DNA of 64,000 nucleotides from Candidatus Eiseniibacteriota bacterium (GTDB lineage Bacteria; Eisenbacteria; RBG-16-71-46; CAVPCR01). Positions 31,149 to 42,800 of the stretch are shown in pieces. The stretch lies in contig CAVPCR010000002.1 in NCBI GenBank assembly GCA_963702435.1, positions 1 to 64,000 on the forward strand, written 5' to 3'. The position numbers were made by a program, and so were the translations under genes. Every line of letters starts with the position of its first letter. Within the stretch, counting starts at the first letter, position 1. The notes beneath the pieces were generated by a model. It saw only the letters and a list, made by a program, of their open reading frames with translations. It was not told where the DNA came from and made no database searches.

Positions 31149-31915
31149 ACACGATCGATCCGACCGCCCGCATCGCTCCCGATGTGCGCCTCGGCGACCA
31201 TGTCGTCGTCGGCCCCGGCGCCGAGATCGGTGCCGGCTCGGTCGTCGGCCACGGCGTCGTGATCCACCGCGACACCCGGATCGGCGCCGGCGTGCGTATC
31301 GACGACCATGCGGTCCTCGGCAAGGAGCCGATGCGTGCCGCCAACACCGCGGTGACAAGCGCCGCCGAGCTCCCGCCGCTCGCGGTCGGCGCGGGCGCGA
31401 TCATCGGCAGCGCTGCGGTGCTCTACCGGGGCGCGACCCTCGGCGACCGCGTTCTCGTCGCTGACGGCGCCGCGGTCCGCGAGCGGGTGACGATCGGCGA
31501 GCGCACGATCGTCGGGCGCTCGGTCACGGTCGAGAACGACTCGACGATCGGCCAGTACGTGAAGCTCGAGACGGCCTGCTACATCACGGCCTACTCGGTG
31601 ATCGAGAACCGCGTCTTCGTGGCGCCGATGGTCGCCACCTCGAACGACCGCTTCATGGGTCGCACCGAGGAGCGACTCAAGCTGTTCAAGGGCGTCACCG
31701 TGCGCCGCGGCGCCCGCATCGGGCTCGCCGCCGTCATCCTGCCGGGCATCACGATCGAGGCCGACGGGGTGGTGGCCGCGGGCTCCGTCGTCACGCGCGA
31801 CGTGCCGGCGGGCAAGCTCGTCATGGGGAGTCCGGCCCGCGTCGTGCGCGACGTGGCCGCGGCCGAGCTTCTCGACAACCAGATCTGGGAAGACGTGAAG
31901 AAGGGGTGGAGCTAG
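31145..31915 (+). CDS. Hexapeptide-repeat N-acetyltransferase (WbpD/WlbB-like)
   Basis: Left-handed beta-helix repeats, VFVAPMVATSND, GARIG..ILPGITI, AGSVVTRDVP, GSPARV. Confidence 0.9.
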   Translation: MNTIDPTARIAPDVRLGDHVVVGPGAEIGAGSVVGHGVVIHRDTRIGAGVRIDDHAVLGKEPMRAANTAVTSAAELPPLAVGAGAIIGSAAVLYRGATLGDRVLVADGAAVRERVTIGERTIVGRSVTVENDSTIGQYVKLETACYITAYSVIENRVFVAPMVATSNDRFMGRTEERLKLFKGVTVRRGARIGLAAVILPGITIEADGVVAAGSVVTRDVPAGKLVMGSPARVVRDVAAAELLDNQIWEDVKKGWS

Positions 31916-31917
31916 TC

Positions 31918-33051
31918 ATGCAAGCGAGCGGCGGAGCGCCGGCCCGCAAGGTGCCGGCCATGGACGTCAAGGCGCAGCACGCGGCCTTGCAGGGGGAGCT
32001 CGAGGCGGCGGTGCGCGAGGTCATCACCTCCGGCGCATTCATCCTGGGACCCAAGGTCGTGGCTCTGGAAGGCGAGGTGGCCCGCCTGTGCGGGGTCGCC
32101 CATGCGGTGGGCGTGGCCTCGGGGACCGATGCCCTGATCGTCGCGCTCCGCGCTCTCGACATCGGCCCGGGCGACGAGGTCGTCACCTCCGCCTACAGCT
32201 TCTTCGCCTCGGCCGGCGCCATCCTCCTCGTCGGCGCGAAACCCGTCTTCGTGGACATCGAGGCGGCGACCTGGAACATGGATCCGGCGCGTCTCGAGGC
32301 GGCGATCACCCCGCGCACCCGCGCCATCATGCCGGTGCACCTCTTCGGGCAGTGTGCGAACATGGACCCGATCCTCGCCATCGCCCGCGCCCGCGGGATC
32401 GCGGTGGTCGAGGACGCGGCGCAGGCGCTCGGAGCCAAGGACCGCGGCCGCCCGGCAGGAAGCATGGGCGAGTTCGGCTGCTTCAGCTTCTATCCGACCA
32501 AGAACCTGGGCGGACTCGGCGACGGCGGGATGATCGCGACGAACGACGCCGCGCTCGCCGACAAGGCGCGCCTGGTCCGCATCCACGGCTCGCGGCCCAA
32601 GTACGTGACCCGCGTCCTCGGCATGAACAGCCGCCTCGACTCCCTGCAGGCGGCCCTCCTCCTCGTCAAGCTGCCGCACCTCGCGCGCTACACCGAGGAG
32701 CGCCGCCGCCACGCGCGGGCCTATGACGCGCGATTCGCCGGCTCCGCGATCGCGCCGCCCCCCGTGCGCGCCGAGGCCTATCACATCTACAACCAGTATG
32801 CGCTGCGCGTGCCCGATCGCGACCGCACGGAGAAGGCGCTCGCCGAGCGGGGCGTGGGCACCGCCGTCTACTACCCCGGCATCCTGCCCCTGCAGGAGGC
32901 GGTCAAGCACCTCGGGCACAAGCCCGGGGACTTCCCGGTCGCCGAGCGCGCCGCCGCGGAGAATCTGTGTCTACCGATCTTCCCCGAGCTCAAGGACGAG
33001 GACCGCGAGTACGTGGCCGACCAGGTGCTCGCGCTCGCCGGCGCCAGGTAG
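31918..33051 (+). CDS. DegT-family aminotransferase (WbpE/WlbC-like)
   Basis: [51 protein letters not shown]. Confidence 0.95.
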   Translation: MQASGGAPARKVPAMDVKAQHAALQGELEAAVREVITSGAFILGPKVVALEGEVARLCGVAHAVGVASGTDALIVALRALDIGPGDEVVTSAYSFFASAGAILLVGAKPVFVDIEAATWNMDPARLEAAITPRTRAIMPVHLFGQCANMDPILAIARARGIAVVEDAAQALGAKDRGRPAGSMGEFGCFSFYPTKNLGGLGDGGMIATNDAALADKARLVRIHGSRPKYVTRVLGMNSRLDSLQAALLLVKLPHLARYTEERRRHARAYDARFAGSAIAPPPVRAEAYHIYNQYALRVPDRDRTEKALAERGVGTAVYYPGILPLQEAVKHLGHKPGDFPVAERAAAENLCLPIFPELKDEDREYVADQVLALAGAR

Positions 33052-33611
33052 GCAGCGCCCGCGCCGGGGAGGCCCGGGCCGCTCTCGGAGCGGGGCACGC
33101 CGTCGCGCTCGCGGCCGTCGCGCTCGCGGTTGGCGCGCTCGCGGCCGGCGGCTGCAGCTATTCCTTCACGCCGAGCAAGCTCCCGTCGCACATCAAGACG
33201 GTGGCCATCCCGGTCTTCGAGAATGGGACCAGCGAGCCCGGTATCGAGCAGGAGATCACGCAGCAGATCACGCGCGAGTTCGTCGCCGACAACACCCTCC
33301 AGGTGGTGCCGGAAGGGCGCGCCGACGCGGGTATCTACGGGCGCATCCTCCGCTACGAGAATCGGGTCTTCGGCTACGACGCCAAGGGCGAGACGCAGCA
33401 GTACGAGGTGATCGTCGTGGTCGCGATCGAGTTCAAGGATCTGGTCAAGCGCAAGACCCTGTGGCAGGAGGGGGAGATGGTCGGCCGCTCGACCTACTAC
33501 GTCGTGGCCACCAGCGGGCAGCCGCCGCAGGACGAGGTGAGCGGACGCACCGAGGCGATCCGGCTCCTCGCCTCCGACATCCTGAATCGCACCGTGCGGA
33601 GCTGGAGCTAG
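32967..33611 (+). CDS. lptE: LPS assembly lipoprotein LptE family (start uncertain)
   Basis: Hydrophobic stretch plus lipobox AGG-C-SYSF; HIKTVAIPVFENGTSEPGIE; directly upstream of holA. Confidence 0.82.
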   Translation: MSTDLPRAQGRGPRVRGRPGARARRRQVGSARAGEARAALGAGHAVALAAVALAVGALAAGGCSYSFTPSKLPSHIKTVAIPVFENGTSEPGIEQEITQQITREFVADNTLQVVPEGRADAGIYGRILRYENRVFGYDAKGETQQYEVIVVVAIEFKDLVKRKTLWQEGEMVGRSTYYVVATSGQPPQDEVSGRTEAIRLLASDILNRTVRSWS

Positions 33612-34723
33612 TGGCGGCGCGGGCGGGCAGCGGCGCGGGCCGGAGCGGCAGCGGGGCCCGCCGGAGCGCCGCCGGAGCGCGCGCCGCCGGCGGCGGCGAG
33701 CTCACGCTCGCGACCCTCGGCAAGGAGCTCACGGCGGGGACGCTCCGGCGCGTCTACCTCCTCGAGGGCGAGGAGCTGCTCCTTCGACGCGAGGTGCTGC
33801 AGGCGATCGAGAATGCCGCGCTCGGTCCCGATCCCGCGACCCGCGCCTTCGGGCGCCAGGTCTTTCCAGGGGCCGAGACCCGGATCGAGGACGTCCTCGC
33901 CGCGACGGCCGGCATGCCGATGTTCGGAGAGCGCCGCCTCGTCATCGTGGACGGCGTGGATCGCCTGCGCAAGAACGACCGCGAAGCGCTGGCGCCGGCG
34001 CTCGCGACCGTGCCCGACACGACCGTGCTCGTCCTCACCGCCGACAAGCTCGACGGGCGGCTGACCACGACGCGCGACTTGCGGGCCCGGGCCGCCGTGA
34101 TCCCGGTGAGCGAGCTCCCCGCCGCCGTCGTGCCCCGGTGGATCGAGTCGCGCTTCCGGGCGCTCGGCCACACGGTCGCCCCCGCGGCTGCCCAGCAGCT
34201 CCTCGCCCTGGCGGGTCCCGCCTTGTCCTCTCTGGCCGGAGAGATCGAGAAGGTGTCGCTCTACGTCGGCGCCGAGAAGGCGGTCACGATCGAGGACGTG
34301 AACCACGTGGTGGCCGGCGGCCTCGGTTCGACGCTCGACGAGCTCGTGAACGCCGTGGGCGAACGCGACCTCCCGCGCGCCCTCCGCTCGCTCTCGCGGG
34401 TGCTCGAAGCCGGGGAGGAGCCGCTCCGCGTGCTCGGGTTCCTGAACTACCGCATGACCGACCTCTGGCGACTGGCCCATGGGCATCGCGGATGGGTGCG
34501 CGAGGAGGTGCGCGCCGCGGCGCGCCGCTGGAGCGCCCCCGAGCTCGCGCGCGCGATCGCGCTCCTCTACGCCGCCGATCGCCTCCTCAAGGGTGGAGAG
34601 GGCGGCGAGGGCGGGATGCCGCTCCCGCGCCACCGCCACGGCGACGCGCTCGTGATCGAGACGCTCCTCGTGCGGATACTCCCTGCGGCGGCGCGGTCCG
34701 CCGCCGCGCCCGCACGGCGCTGA
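33611..34723 (+). CDS. holA: DNA polymerase III subunit delta
   Basis: VYLLEGEELL, MPMFGERRLVIV, LAGEIEKVSLY, EAGEEPL, ADRLLKG. Confidence 0.9.
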   Translation: MAARAGSGAGRSGSGARRSAAGARAAGGGELTLATLGKELTAGTLRRVYLLEGEELLLRREVLQAIENAALGPDPATRAFGRQVFPGAETRIEDVLAATAGMPMFGERRLVIVDGVDRLRKNDREALAPALATVPDTTVLVLTADKLDGRLTTTRDLRARAAVIPVSELPAAVVPRWIESRFRALGHTVAPAAAQQLLALAGPALSSLAGEIEKVSLYVGAEKAVTIEDVNHVVAGGLGSTLDELVNAVGERDLPRALRSLSRVLEAGEEPLRVLGFLNYRMTDLWRLAHGHRGWVREEVRAAARRWSAPELARAIALLYAADRLLKGGEGGEGGMPLPRHRHGDALVIETLLVRILPAAARSAAAPARR

Positions 34724-34958
34724 GCGGCCGCGCCGCCCCGGCTCGACGCAGGAGCGCCTCCTCGCGGCCCTGGACTGGCGCCCACTCCGGCCTTAGAATG
34801 CCGGCGCCATGAGCCCGGAAGGGGAGGGGCGCGCCGCGCCGCCAGCTAGGCGCACCGCCTGGCCCACTGCCGCATCCAAACAGACGATTCCCGCCCCGGC
34901 GAGCCGCCCGGGAGCGGCCCAGCGGAAGGTGCGAGAGCAAAAGAGGAGATGAAGGCGC

Positions 34959-35285
34959 ATGAAGGGGATGATGGAGCTCAACGACACGAACTTCGAGGTC
35001 GAGGTGATCCAGTCGAAGGAGCCGGTGCTCGTCGACTTCTGGGCCGAGTGGTGCGGCCCCTGCCGGACGATCACGCCGATCGTCGAGGAGATCGCCCAGC
35101 AGTATGAGGGGCGTCTCAAGGTGGGGAAGGTGAACGTGGACATCGCCAACATGACCGCCTCGCGCTTCGGAATCCGCTCGATCCCCTCCCTCCTCTTCTT
35201 CAAAGGCGGCGAGGTCGCCGAGACCATCGTCGGCGCCGTGCCCAAGGGCGAGATCCTGAAGCGCGTCGAGAGGGTGCTCGGCTAG
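34959..35285 (+). CDS. trxA: Thioredoxin
   Basis: VLVDFWAEWCGPC, FGIRSIP; AGGAG RBS. Confidence 0.97.
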   Translation: MKGMMELNDTNFEVEVIQSKEPVLVDFWAEWCGPCRTITPIVEEIAQQYEGRLKVGKVNVDIANMTASRFGIRSIPSLLFFKGGEVAETIVGAVPKGEILKRVERVLG

Positions 35286-35321
35286 GCTTGCGCCGGTCCG
35301 ACCACGCGTAACGGCATTCAT

Positions 35322-35349
35322 GGCGGTCGGTTGCCTGCAACCGACCGCC
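35322..35349. terminator. Perfect 13-bp inverted repeat downstream of trxA
   Basis: GGCGGTCGGTTGC-CT-GCAACCGACCGCC; no U-tract. Confidence 0.5.
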
Positions 35350-35384
35350 GCGCATATGGGGACGCATCTCTGCGGGGAACGAGC

Positions 35385-35611
35385 ATGAGCCGAGTCCGGG
35401 GAGCCGGAAGGTGGTGGAGGCCGGCCGCCGTGGCGGGCGAGGCCGTCCTGGCCGTCCTGGCCGTCCTGGCCGCCCTGCCCGGCGCCATGCCCGCCTCGTC
35501 GCCGGCGCCCGCGGCTTTAGCCGGCCCCGCGGCCACCGCGCGGGAGCCGGGACGTGGCGGCCGCGAGCGGGAGCCGCTAGGCGCCCGGGGCCTCGCGAAG
35601 GGGATGAGGAC

Positions 35612-35615
<4 letters not shown>
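35385..35615 (+). CDS. Possible small hypothetical protein
   Basis: Signal-like [12 protein letters not shown] built from a GCCGTCCTG x3 repeat; stop overlaps leuS GTG; may be spurious. Confidence 0.25.
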
Positions 35616-38379
<2,764 letters not shown>

Positions 38380-38478
38380 TGATATCATCCGCGGCCGCAG
38401 TCCACGGCCCTCGCCGTGGGTTCCCGGCGGCGCCCACCGCCCCCCCCGGGCCCGCTTCACCATGAGCGATCCGAAACG

Positions 38479-39834
38479 ATGTTGATAGAAAGAGCATTCC
38501 TGTCCCCGTCCGCATGCCGCGTCCGGCCGGCCGGTGCGTTCCGCGCGACCCTGATCGTCCCGGCGATCCTCGCCGCCCTGTCGCTGCCCGCCCCGAGCCA
38601 GGGCGCGCCGAAACAGATCAAGATCCAGCTCGCACCGAAGACCGGGGTGCTCCCTCTCGTGCAGATCCCGGCCGTACTCCCGATCCCGCTCGGTACCGAG
38701 CCGGGGGAGGTCCTCGCGGCCAGGCCGCAGGATCCGGGCCTAGGCGTGCTCTACGGCGTGCTCCAGAACGCCAGTCCGGACGGAGCCTTGACGGTCGCCG
38801 TTCTCAAGCAGCCCGACGGCAGCGAGCAGGTCATCCTCGATCTCAACGACAACGAGGATCTGACGGACGACCAGCGACATACCTGGACCGGATCCTACGG
38901 CCCTGTCGTCAAGGGCGTGCCCACGCTCCCGATGTTCGAGGTGCAGATCCGGCGCACTTGCCCCTCCGCCAGCGCGCCCGTCGACATCGCCGTCACTTTC
39001 CGGCGCTACGACAAGAACAAGGCGGCGGGCCGCGCCGCCGTGGGCCTCACCAACGGCATCCTGGCCAATCTCGACAGCTATACCGAGGGCACGGTCCGCC
39101 TCGGCGCAAAGTCCTACAAGGTCGCGCTCATGCCGGTCCAGTTCGCCGGCGCCGAGAGCCCGTTCAGCCATCCGGGCACGGCGATCATCTTCGACGTGAA
39201 CGGCGACGGACAGCTCGACGGCCATCCGTTCCGTGGCGGCGAGCGATTCTACCTGGGAGCGCCCTTCATGATCGACGGCCAGGGCTACAAGGTGGTCGAT
39301 GCGAGCTGCGACGGCCGGAGCGTGATCCTCGAGCCCGTGGATGCAGCCACCGTGGCCGCCAGCCAGCAGCCGCCGGCGGCCGCCCCGAGCACGCCGACTG
39401 CTGCGCTCGCTCCCGGCCAGCGCGCCCCGGACTTCGCCCTCGCCACGATCGAGGGGGACTCGATCCGCCTGAGCGACTACCGGGGCAAGGTGGTGCTCCT
39501 CGACTTCTGGGCGACCTGGTGCGGTCCCTGCCGCATGGAGATGCCCTACGTGAAGAGCGCCTTCGAGCGCTACAACAAGCGCGGGCTCGAGGTGATCGGC
39601 GTGAGCCTCGACAACACGCCGACCGAGGTGCGCGCCTACACCAAGATGGGCGGCATGCCATGGCCCCAGATCCTGCAGGGCCGCGGCACGATGACCCAGC
39701 TCAAGAAGGACTACGGCATTCGCTCCATCCCCGCAGCCTTTCTGATCGACCAGAAGGGGAACATCGCCGCGACGCATCCGCGGGGCGAGGGTCTGCTCAC
39801 GGCGATCGAAAATCTGCTCGGCGACGGCAGCTAG
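38479..39834 (+). CDS. Exported TlpA/ResA-type thiol-disulfide oxidoreductase with large N-terminal domain
   Basis: Signal-like N-terminus; C-terminal APDF..GKVVLLDFWATWCGPC..YGIRSIP. Confidence 0.88.
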   Translation: MLIERAFLSPSACRVRPAGAFRATLIVPAILAALSLPAPSQGAPKQIKIQLAPKTGVLPLVQIPAVLPIPLGTEPGEVLAARPQDPGLGVLYGVLQNASPDGALTVAVLKQPDGSEQVILDLNDNEDLTDDQRHTWTGSYGPVVKGVPTLPMFEVQIRRTCPSASAPVDIAVTFRRYDKNKAAGRAAVGLTNGILANLDSYTEGTVRLGAKSYKVALMPVQFAGAESPFSHPGTAIIFDVNGDGQLDGHPFRGGERFYLGAPFMIDGQGYKVVDASCDGRSVILEPVDAATVAASQQPPAAAPSTPTAALAPGQRAPDFALATIEGDSIRLSDYRGKVVLLDFWATWCGPCRMEMPYVKSAFERYNKRGLEVIGVSLDNTPTEVRAYTKMGGMPWPQILQGRGTMTQLKKDYGIRSIPAAFLIDQKGNIAATHPRGEGLLTAIENLLGDGS

Positions 39835-39867
39835 TCTGCCGCCGGCGGCGGGACCCTTCCCCGGCAG

Positions 39868-42800
39868 ATGGCTCCCGCGCGCCGCGGAGCCGGAAAGGTG
39901 ATGCACGGCATGCGCTGCCCGGAGCGAGATCACGGCAAGGGGGCCGGGACTGGCCGGCGGCGGGCCACGCTCGCCGCCTTTGCGGCGCTCTCGACGCTCG
40001 CCGTTCTCGTCGCGATCCCGCTCTGCGCCGGGGCGGCCGCCGCCGCGCCCGGCGCGGAGCTCACGATCGCCGCCGCTCCCACCGCCCGGCAGCTCACCCT
40101 CCGTTTTTCACGCGATGCCGTCGTTTTCGACGGCGCGCCGGCGGGGGAGAGCGTAGCGCTCGCGACCGGCGGCGCGGGAGCTGTCGACGGCGCCCTGCTC
40201 CGTCTCGTCCTCCGCGTGGACGACGATTTCCGCGCCGACTCGTGCCGGGTCGTCGCGAGGACCGCGGCGGATATCGGCCGCGAGGCCGCGGACCTCGCCC
40301 CCGCGGCGCTCGCCGGGCTCGCCGGGCCCGCCGCCACGGTGGACGGGGAGTCCTGGCTGCGCGGGCGCCGGCTCGTGCATCTCACCGTCCGCCCTCTCGC
40401 TCTCGACGCGCCGAACGGCCGGCTCGAGCTCGCGACCGAGCTCGTGCTCGAGCTCGCCGGCCGGAGCGATCCGGCGCGCGGCCTGGCCCCGCGGGCTGCG
40501 CCCTGGGAGGCGAAGGTCGAGGCGATGCTCGCCGCGGCCGCGATTGACCTGCGCCGGGAGGCCGCGGCGCCGAGCGACGCCCTGCTCGGCCCGGTCGTCC
40601 CGCCGGCCACGAGCGCCCTCTGGAGCCCAACCTTCCGCCCGACCGCCGACGGTAGCGCCGTCGAATGCGTCATCGTGACACCGCAGGCCCTGGCCGGGCC
40701 CTTCCAGGAACTCGCCGCGTGGAAGACCGCGAAGGGCGTGCAGACCACCGTGCGCACGCTCGAGTGGATCCGGGCCACCTACCCGAACGGGATCGACCAG
40801 GCCGAGCAGCTCCGTTTCTTCCTCGCCGACGCCTACGAGCACTGGGGCACGCTCTGGGTGCTCCTCGGCGGCGACTCGGACCAGGTCCCCGTGCGTTACG
40901 CGACGCATGCGCTCAACATCCCGCCCTCCCTCGTCCCCACCGACCTCTACTACAGCTGTCTCGACGGGAACTGGAACCTCGACGGCGATGCGGCCTTCGG
41001 CGAGGGGCGGCCGCCCGGGCAGACCACGGGCGGGGACGAGGCCGATCTCGCTCCCGACGTCTTCGTCGGACGCGCTCCGGTCTCGACGGCGGGGGCCGCC
41101 CAGATCCTCGTCGACAAGCTGATCGCCTACGAGCGGGGCGCCGCCACCGATGCGCGCTACCCGGCCTCGGTGCTCCTCCTCGGCGAGCGGCTCTCGCCCA
41201 CGCTCGACGGCGCGGCCTACTGCGAGCAGGTGCGCGCGCGCCTCCCCGCCGGCCTCCGCACGGCGCGCCTCTACGAGAACCACGCCGCGTATCCGGGAGC
41301 GCTGCCCGAGACGCGCCGCGTGGTCATCGACTCGATGAACGCCGGCTTCGGCATCGTCCATCACGTGGGCCACGGATTCCGGAACACGATGTCGGTGGGG
41401 GACGAGAGCCTGCAGAACGCGGACATCGACGCGCTCGTGAACGGAGCGCGGCAATCGGTCGTCTATGCGGTCAACTGCGCCTCCACGGCCTTCGACTACA
41501 ACGCGATCGGCGAGCGCTTCCTGAAGAACGCGGCCGGCGGCGGGGTCGCCTACATCGGGAGCTCCCGCGTCGCGTATACGGGGGAGTCCCTCCCGCTCCA
41601 GAATGCGTTCTACGACGTCGTCTTCGCCGACAGCGTGACCGCAGTGGGCGCGGCGCACGCGCTCGCCAAGGTTCCGTTCATCGGGGCGGCGGTGAGCGAG
41701 ACGCCGGCGCGCTGGCTCCAGTTCTCGCTCGTGCTCCTCGGCGATCCCGAGACGCCGATCTGGCGGCGGGGACCGGTCCCCATCGCCGCCGTCCACGCCG
41801 GCTCCTTCCAGCTCGGGACGAACGCCTTCACGGTCACGGCCAGCGCGGGCGGGGCGCCGCTCGCGGGAGCACGCGTGGCGCTCGTCAAGTCGGGCGAGCC
41901 GTACACGGTGGGGACGACGGGAGCGAACGGGGTCGCGAGCCTGCCGTACAATCCATCCACCACCGGCCCCTTCACGGTGACCGTAACCCGGCCGGATCTC
42001 CGGCCCTACTCCGGGACGTCCACGGTGACCGCGGCGACGAGTCCGTTCCTGCACTTCGTGCAGGTGACGATCAACGATGACTCGACCCCGCCCTCGATCG
42101 GCAACGGGAACGGCGCGCCCGAGGCGGGGGAGACGCTCGAGCTCCGCATCATGCTCAAGAACGCAGGCCCCACGGCAGCCACCGGCGTGAGCGGCACGCT
42201 GAGCGTGGTCGGGGACGGGAGCCCGGTCGCGATCACGACCCCCACCGTGAGCTACGGGACCCTGGCCGCCCAGGGGCAGTCCTTCGGCGCGGGACGCTTT
42301 GTCGCCCGCATCCTGCCCTCCGCGCCCGATGCGTATGCGCCGGTCTTCCGGATCGCGATCGCCAGCGGGCAGGGGAGCTTCACCGACACCTTCGTCCTGC
42401 CCGTGCGCCGGAGCCTGGTCGAGCACGCGAGCCATGTCCTCGCCGACCCGCCGCCTTTGGGCAACGGAAACGGCGCCGCCGAGGCCGGCGAGGCGGTCAC
42501 CTACACGATCACGGCGATCAATCGCGGACCTGGCCGCGCCGACCAGGTGCGGGTGACGCTCCGCGTCCTCGACCGCACGACCGGCGCGCCGCATCCGGGG
42601 GTCACCGTCACCGATGCCGCGGCAGACTTCGGCGATCTCACGGCCGGCTCGACCCGCGCTGCGGATCCGCTCGCCTTCACGCTCGGCGGCGGCGTCGCCC
42701 CGGGCGCCCTCCGCCTCGAGCTCACCTGGCGCGACCGCTACGGCGTGATCGAGATCGCCCGCTCGGATCTCGAGCCGCCGCCGCCGGTCGCCGGTCTCCA

